Origin: Selaginella moellendorffii
Lineage: Eukaryota > Plantae > Lycopodiophyta
Assembly: GCF_000143415.4 (NCBI RefSeq)
Contig: NW_003314316.1
Span: 666,230 to 677,524, forward strand
Reading direction: 5' to 3'
Length of the DNA stretch: 11,295 nt
Part shown: in pieces, positions 6,216 to 11,295 of the stretch
Layout of the letters: the number at the start of each line of letters is the position of its first letter
Numbering within the stretch: position 1 is the stretch's first letter
The notes under the pieces: generated by a model
Databases searched by the model: none
Told to the model about the DNA's origin: nothing
What the model saw: the letters and a program-made list of their open reading frames with translations, nothing else
Position numbers and translations under genes: made by a program

Positions 6216-9200
6216 AATGAGTCTCAGCGAGTACTATTCAATGAGATTGGGCAACTAGTCTCGTTGCATACGCAGAGATGAAAACGATGATCCGAGTGGG
6301 TACACATTTGGTGCAAAGGGTTCACATTCGTTCCTTGGGTATGGTTTTGGTTACCTTTTGTACCTAACAATGTGAGCTTGCTCTTGGGCTCATAGGATGG
6401 ATTTGAGATGCTCCGTTAGCACGAGTTTGAGCTTGGGCACATTAGCAACTCGAGGTTACACTTTGAGTTGGCAGGATTAATGTTAGCCTATCGGTGGTTC
6501 CATAAGTTGTTCCGTGTACCGTGGGTGAAAGTAAACCTTCCCTGAGTTTGCTATGAGTGGCAAATAGGCTGGTCCGTAGCTGTTTAGCACAGCACTAGTG
6601 GATCCTTCCTAGGCATGGTTACAAGTGGATCAATCAAGTCTATAGGGATAAGTCTATTGATTCAAGTAATCATTGCCGTGCTCTCTCATAAACTTTTCTT
6701 GGATTGGACTGAAGGCAGTGCGAAAGAAAGCTTGAGGTTTAGTCAAAGATGAGACCGAAAAGAGAGTCATCGGGGACGGAGGATCAAACACGTAAATCAT
6801 CTTTTCTTCTTGGAGAGATGATTTGCAACGAAGTGTTAACTCATTGCTCGTGTTCACATCATGCAATCAAGAGTCCCTACCTTGATGCATCTTGGAGATG
6901 ATGGTCTTACAAATGGTGAGTTGTGGGATGGATAGCGGTGAAGCGCTAAACCATTTTGTATAGGCTTACTATTGGAAGACTTGAGTTACAATGCTCAATT
7001 CTTTTCCAGGGAACCTTGCTATTGTTCCTTGAGTAGCTTGGTGTTGGGTTAAGTTTTGAGTTTGGTCGGAAAGCGAGTGGCATGAGCTTGTCCGTGTTAT
7101 GAACAAAAGTTAGTGGTGTTGGGTGTTGTAAATCTCTATTGGTGGAGTGTGGCATTTATGTTGCATTTTGTCGAGTTGAGTTGGCACTTGATATTCATGT
7201 AAACCTTTGAAGTAATGACATTGGCATTGCTCGTGGTGTTGCTCAATTGATGATCAAGTCATTGTGATACTTATATCATATCCATGTGTTAGTGAGCAAT
7301 GTGTTTACGAAGTTGCTTGGTTAAACGATGATCAACCCCAAAGTGGTTGATAGTGAAGCCAGTCTACTTGCATGAAGTAGCATTGTAGTAGCTTTGATTG
7401 GATTCTCGATGGTGGTCCATTATGCTAAGCTTAAGTTGGTTCCTTGTTTCCTTGAGGGTTTGCCCATAAGGTGTTGGAAAGGGTTGTAGCATTCATTTGC
7501 TATAGCTTGTTGGTTTATCCGTTAACACTTGGAGTAGATTGTTGGATGGAAAAGGTGTGTAGTTAAAGCATTGATATCACTAGCACTTGTGTTAGTGGAA
7601 GTGGCATTGTTACTTCGAGTGATGAGGAATTTTCCTTAGAGCTTGATTTTCTATGTCATTTTTCTTGTTAGTGTTTTAACTTCACATTGGATCTTGAAGG
7701 TGGTTGAAGAAAAGTGTTAGTGCAATATGGATATCCGAAGATGTGGTCTTCGTGATCAAGCCTTGGATGTTCCATTTGCATTTTACGGATGTCGGAGTTG
7801 GATGTCGAAAGTATGGGCAAAAAGATGTTCGAGGCTTAAGCATACTATGGATCATGAGAATTTGTGTTGAGGTGAACCTATGTGAAGTTGTTAGTAGGAG
7901 GAAGTTGGTTGAGTCTTGAAAGTTTGGATTCCTGGACTGAGAGTTATTCTTTCTCTAGGATGGAAATTTTCCACAAATTTTCTTAGACTTTTCCAATAGC
8001 TGATCTGTTGATCATTTTGTCCGAAAACCATTCCGTTTTCATAAGCCAGCACAAACTAGTGAAATGGTTGGAGTTGACTTCAGTTGGCTTAAACCTTAGT
8101 AGGTAGTTTGTATGATGCAGCCCGAAAAAGATGCTGACTTTTGGAGCTAAGGCAATTGAGTTGGATAGAGTCTGGAGTTGGTATAGAAAAGTGGCTGTTG
8201 CGCTTTTCTAAGAAGGGTGATCCTTGTACCTTTCTTTTGTAGCGTTGTGCTTGGTGGCAGGTTGCACTTTGTATTTCGTTAGACTCTATGAGAGTAGTGA
8301 ACTCTCACTGATCTTGACTTGGTCTTGGTGGCCCTGCACCTTGGCTAAGGATGGTGATGTTCAACTTAGTTGTTTGAGTTTGAGATGTTAGTACCCATAC
8401 TATAGCTTTGTCCAAGTGGAGGTTGTGTACCGATATGAGTCCATCATATGGTTTTCACTTTAGTTTCGACTAAGTGTTGATCATGCATAGCTAGCCTCTT
8501 CAAGGCATGCTCAGAGCTAGTGGCTAAATGCATTGGTGAGCTTATCGCGGTTGAGTTGGATTCGAGTGGTCATTTAGTTTGTGCTTGTCTATGAACCTTT
8601 ATCTCGTCCATGAGGTATTACGTTCATGTTGGACAAGTATATGACTCAATGACATGAGTTAGTGTTTGGGTCTTGTGAAAGGCAAGACAAGTGATTGTTG
8701 GTTGCTTTGTGACTAATAATTGCTTGTAGACTTTGTCAAGGGCTTTTGACACTTACTTCACTCGATGATGATTTAGTAGTGATGGGTTTGTTTTACCTGT
8801 TGGTGTTGCGGAGGATCATGTCGCTAGACTTACATGGTTTCTTTTCCATGTTGGCATATTGACTCTACCTCTGTCAATATCATTTGGTTGCGTTTAGTTC
8901 GTAGTGTTAGATTTCATTAAGTCTTGGATGTGGTGAATCACTCCTTGATGAAGTGTTATCTGTGACTGAGTATTGTTGAGAGATTGGTCTCAGATACTGA
9001 GTAAAGTATCTCCGACTTTGGTTAGCTTAGTTGCTAGAGAGCTTTGAGTGGTGATTCACTCGTGCTTTCTTCTAGCTTTGTTCTAGTGTTGGTGGCACTG
9101 AGGTGATGCCTTGTCGTTGACATTGTTGATGTTGAGATTTCAGTGAAATGAGATGTCTCTCCGCAAGATTGATGTTGAGTTTCATTAGTCTTAATGAAGA

Positions 9201-11162
9201 TAGTGTTGATGATTTGGCTATGGCTTTGTGTTATTGGCATTCGTACATTTGTTAGTTCGCAACTATGTTGACGTTCAAATGAACTAAGTGGCAAGTTTGA
9301 GTTAGTTGTGTCCAGACGAGATTGTTTAGTAAGGGTTGAGCTTTGAGCTTTTCCTTGAAAAGTGATTCAATTGTGGACTATGCTAACTCTACAAGCGGAA
9401 GAGTTAGTGATTGATATTGGAATGTTTGAATCCTTATTGGATTTGAGTTGGAATATATCGATCATTGATGATTCTTCTTGTGCTTGTTATGAAGTGAGTT
9501 ACGTCTTGCTATAGATGAATTCATGGAGGATCGTTTGGTGATCACTTGTTGAGCATAGCTTCATTATGCTTAGCCTTTGGATTGATGCAGGCATGCTCTT
9601 CATTAGCTTTGGCATTATGAAGTTTGGCTTATGGATATATTGAGGAGGATATTGTGGGTTGCACCATGATTTCTTCTTTAGCATTGAAGTTAGTTCGTGC
9701 GAGACTCGTGATCATTATTAGGCAAGACTTGGCTATAGACTTCTTCGAACTTTTGGTTATTTGAGTTTTCATGCTCATTGTTCCATTTGTTAAGAGTTGT
9801 TGGGGGAAGGCATTTTGGCTCATTAGCTTCGATGTTGACGTTAGTCTTTGCATCTAGCAATCATTGGTGATGATTGACTATCATCTAAGATAGTTGATTA
9901 TCCTTGTCAAGGGTTTTGCTTGATTATTGTTGGTATAGAATGATTTGCTGTTCTTCAGGATGGTAAATTCTTTCTTTAATGATAATTATGCATTTCTCTC
10001 TTGTTAGGATGATTGATGATCTTTCATGGTGGTTATTTGTTCTCTTTGATGGCTTATAGCTTTTCGCAATATCACATGTTATTTGTGGTTTGCTTTGGAT
10101 TGGTCTCTTGGGTTTGAGACATCCATAGGATGTTGCTGATGCTTGCTTGAGCAACTCTAGTTCCTTGGTATTGTTGACCAGGATCTATTCAGATTGACTT
10201 CTATGATAGTTGGCATGAATGGGTGTTTGTTGGTCTTACCGCATTCATTCTATTCTGTTGATTATTGCTTGAGTTGGTTCTGATAGTTTGGGATGTTATT
10301 TCCTTCGGGTGATACATTCGCGAGCATTGTGCTTGTTAGTCAATGATACTTTGTGTCTTTTGAGTTATCTCTAGTAAGTTATTGGCTTACTGTCTACTAT
10401 CTTCGGTAGTTAAGTTTCATCATTGAGTTTACTTGATGATATACTTGCTATTGAATTTTGTTGGATGGTGAATCTTATGTTTACAAATTTTGATGATCTT
10501 GGTGGTTCCTATACTATACTAGTTTATCGGATGATAACTTGCTTAGAATACTTTTGTGTTCTACTCTAAGATTTAATCATTGGTAATTAAGTCTCTAAGA
10601 TATCATTGTCTCTGACTTTAATATTGTCCATCTCTTGATCTTTGAGTTTGGGCCAGTAATGAGCAGACTGGCTTCGGCACTTCATGTGCATGTTGAAATC
10701 TCTAGTCATGGGGTAGCTACTGTCGACTGGTCACATAACCCGCCTCTTTGTCGATGTTCCTTATTCCGTTAAAAGGGCGTGACCGTGTAAACAACTCTAA
10801 CTGCCTGTTTACAGTAGTCTATCTAAACCTTACCGACGGGTTTGGTTTCTTTGCTCAGGAGGGTTGGGGCCTCTAGTTTCTCTCTCTATGTCTCTGCGGG
10901 CAGGGCATATCACACTTTTGTAAGCTGGGTGACTCCCAGAGCAGCAGGGGTGGCTGACTCCGTTGGTCATTTCCTTGTCGGCGACGGCCGGAAGGTGTCT
11001 GAGCTGGTAGCGCATCCGCGTTAGACAAAGAGGTTGCCCCCTAACTCATTTAAGTTGGTGCATTTCTCACATAGTGTGAGTACCGTGAACTTTTTTCTGG
11101 AGTTGTTTCCTTGGCGGTATTCTAGACTCGAGTATGCATCAACGAGGACATCGATCTTCCCT
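6216..11162 (+). ncRNA. Non-coding, G/U-rich, hairpin-dense internal domain of element C (candidate structured RNA)
   Basis: Many stems with G-U pairs, e.g. 6239-6266, 6792-6826, 8687-8727 and 9869-9902. No protein motifs. Structure was inferred by eye. Confidence 0.55.
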
Positions 11163-11174
11163 AGGGGGGGAGAG
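11163..11174 (+). other. Polypurine tract
   Basis: AGGGGGGGAGAG directly abutting the 3' LTR start. Confidence 0.93.
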
Positions 11175-11295
11175 TATTGCGAATGTGACTTCGGGTATCG
11201 AAAGTTACCTGTCGACTAGTCCTTACGGACACTCTTACCTTACTGCCACGATGGCAGGAGGTCGGTATTGCTGGTTCCCTTTATTAGCCCCTCTG
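11175..11295 (+). repeat. Start of the 3' LTR of element C (cut by the window edge)
   Basis: 118/121 nt identical to 5046-5166. Differences are at LTR positions 2 and 4 and at the last base of the window. Confidence 0.95.

Larger units (their letters stand above)
5046..11295 (+). mobile_element. Element C: non-autonomous LARD-like LTR retrotransposon, right end outside the window
   Basis: LTR-PBS-internal-PPT-LTR architecture. The internal region has no ORF over 86 aa in the track and no convincing gag/pol motifs. Confidence 0.9.

Noticed and set aside
8390-8475. Possible decayed integrase GPY/F remnant in the C internal region (PYYSFVQVEVVYR ... VF)
   Set aside because: Similarity is too weak and isolated, with no neighbouring pol motifs. 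It cannot be distinguished from chance without an HMM search.
6654-10154. Short minus-strand ORFs rich in S/T/K/N/Q
   Set aside because: Expected from the A/C-rich minus-strand composition; all are 86 aa or shorter, with no motifs.

Overview
Plant-type nested LTR-retrotransposon cluster with no host gene. (1) Bases 1-2779, minus strand: a decayed, internally deleted Ty3/gypsy chromovirus (element D). A partial 5' LTR is fused directly to RNase H-integrase-chromodomain, and the frames contain stops and frameshifts. (2) An older host LTR on the minus strand (2780-3237 plus 5015-5045) appears to have been hit by three insertions. (3) A 1777-bp solo LTR (element B, 3238-5014, TSD ACCGT) of the same family as the host sits in it in inverted orientation and carries a ~550-bp hexamer-based tandem repeat. 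(4) A young non-autonomous LARD-like element (C, 5046 to beyond 11295) has a 1157-bp 5' LTR, a tRNA-iMet PBS, a PPT and the start of its 3' LTR. Its ~4.95-kb internal region has no recognisable coding capacity, is strongly G/T-skewed, and is densely packed with stem-loops that pair fully only on the + (genomic RNA) strand via G-U wobbles. This candidate large structured non-coding RNA is the most interesting signal. All alignments and hairpins were identified by eye; no folding or database search was run.
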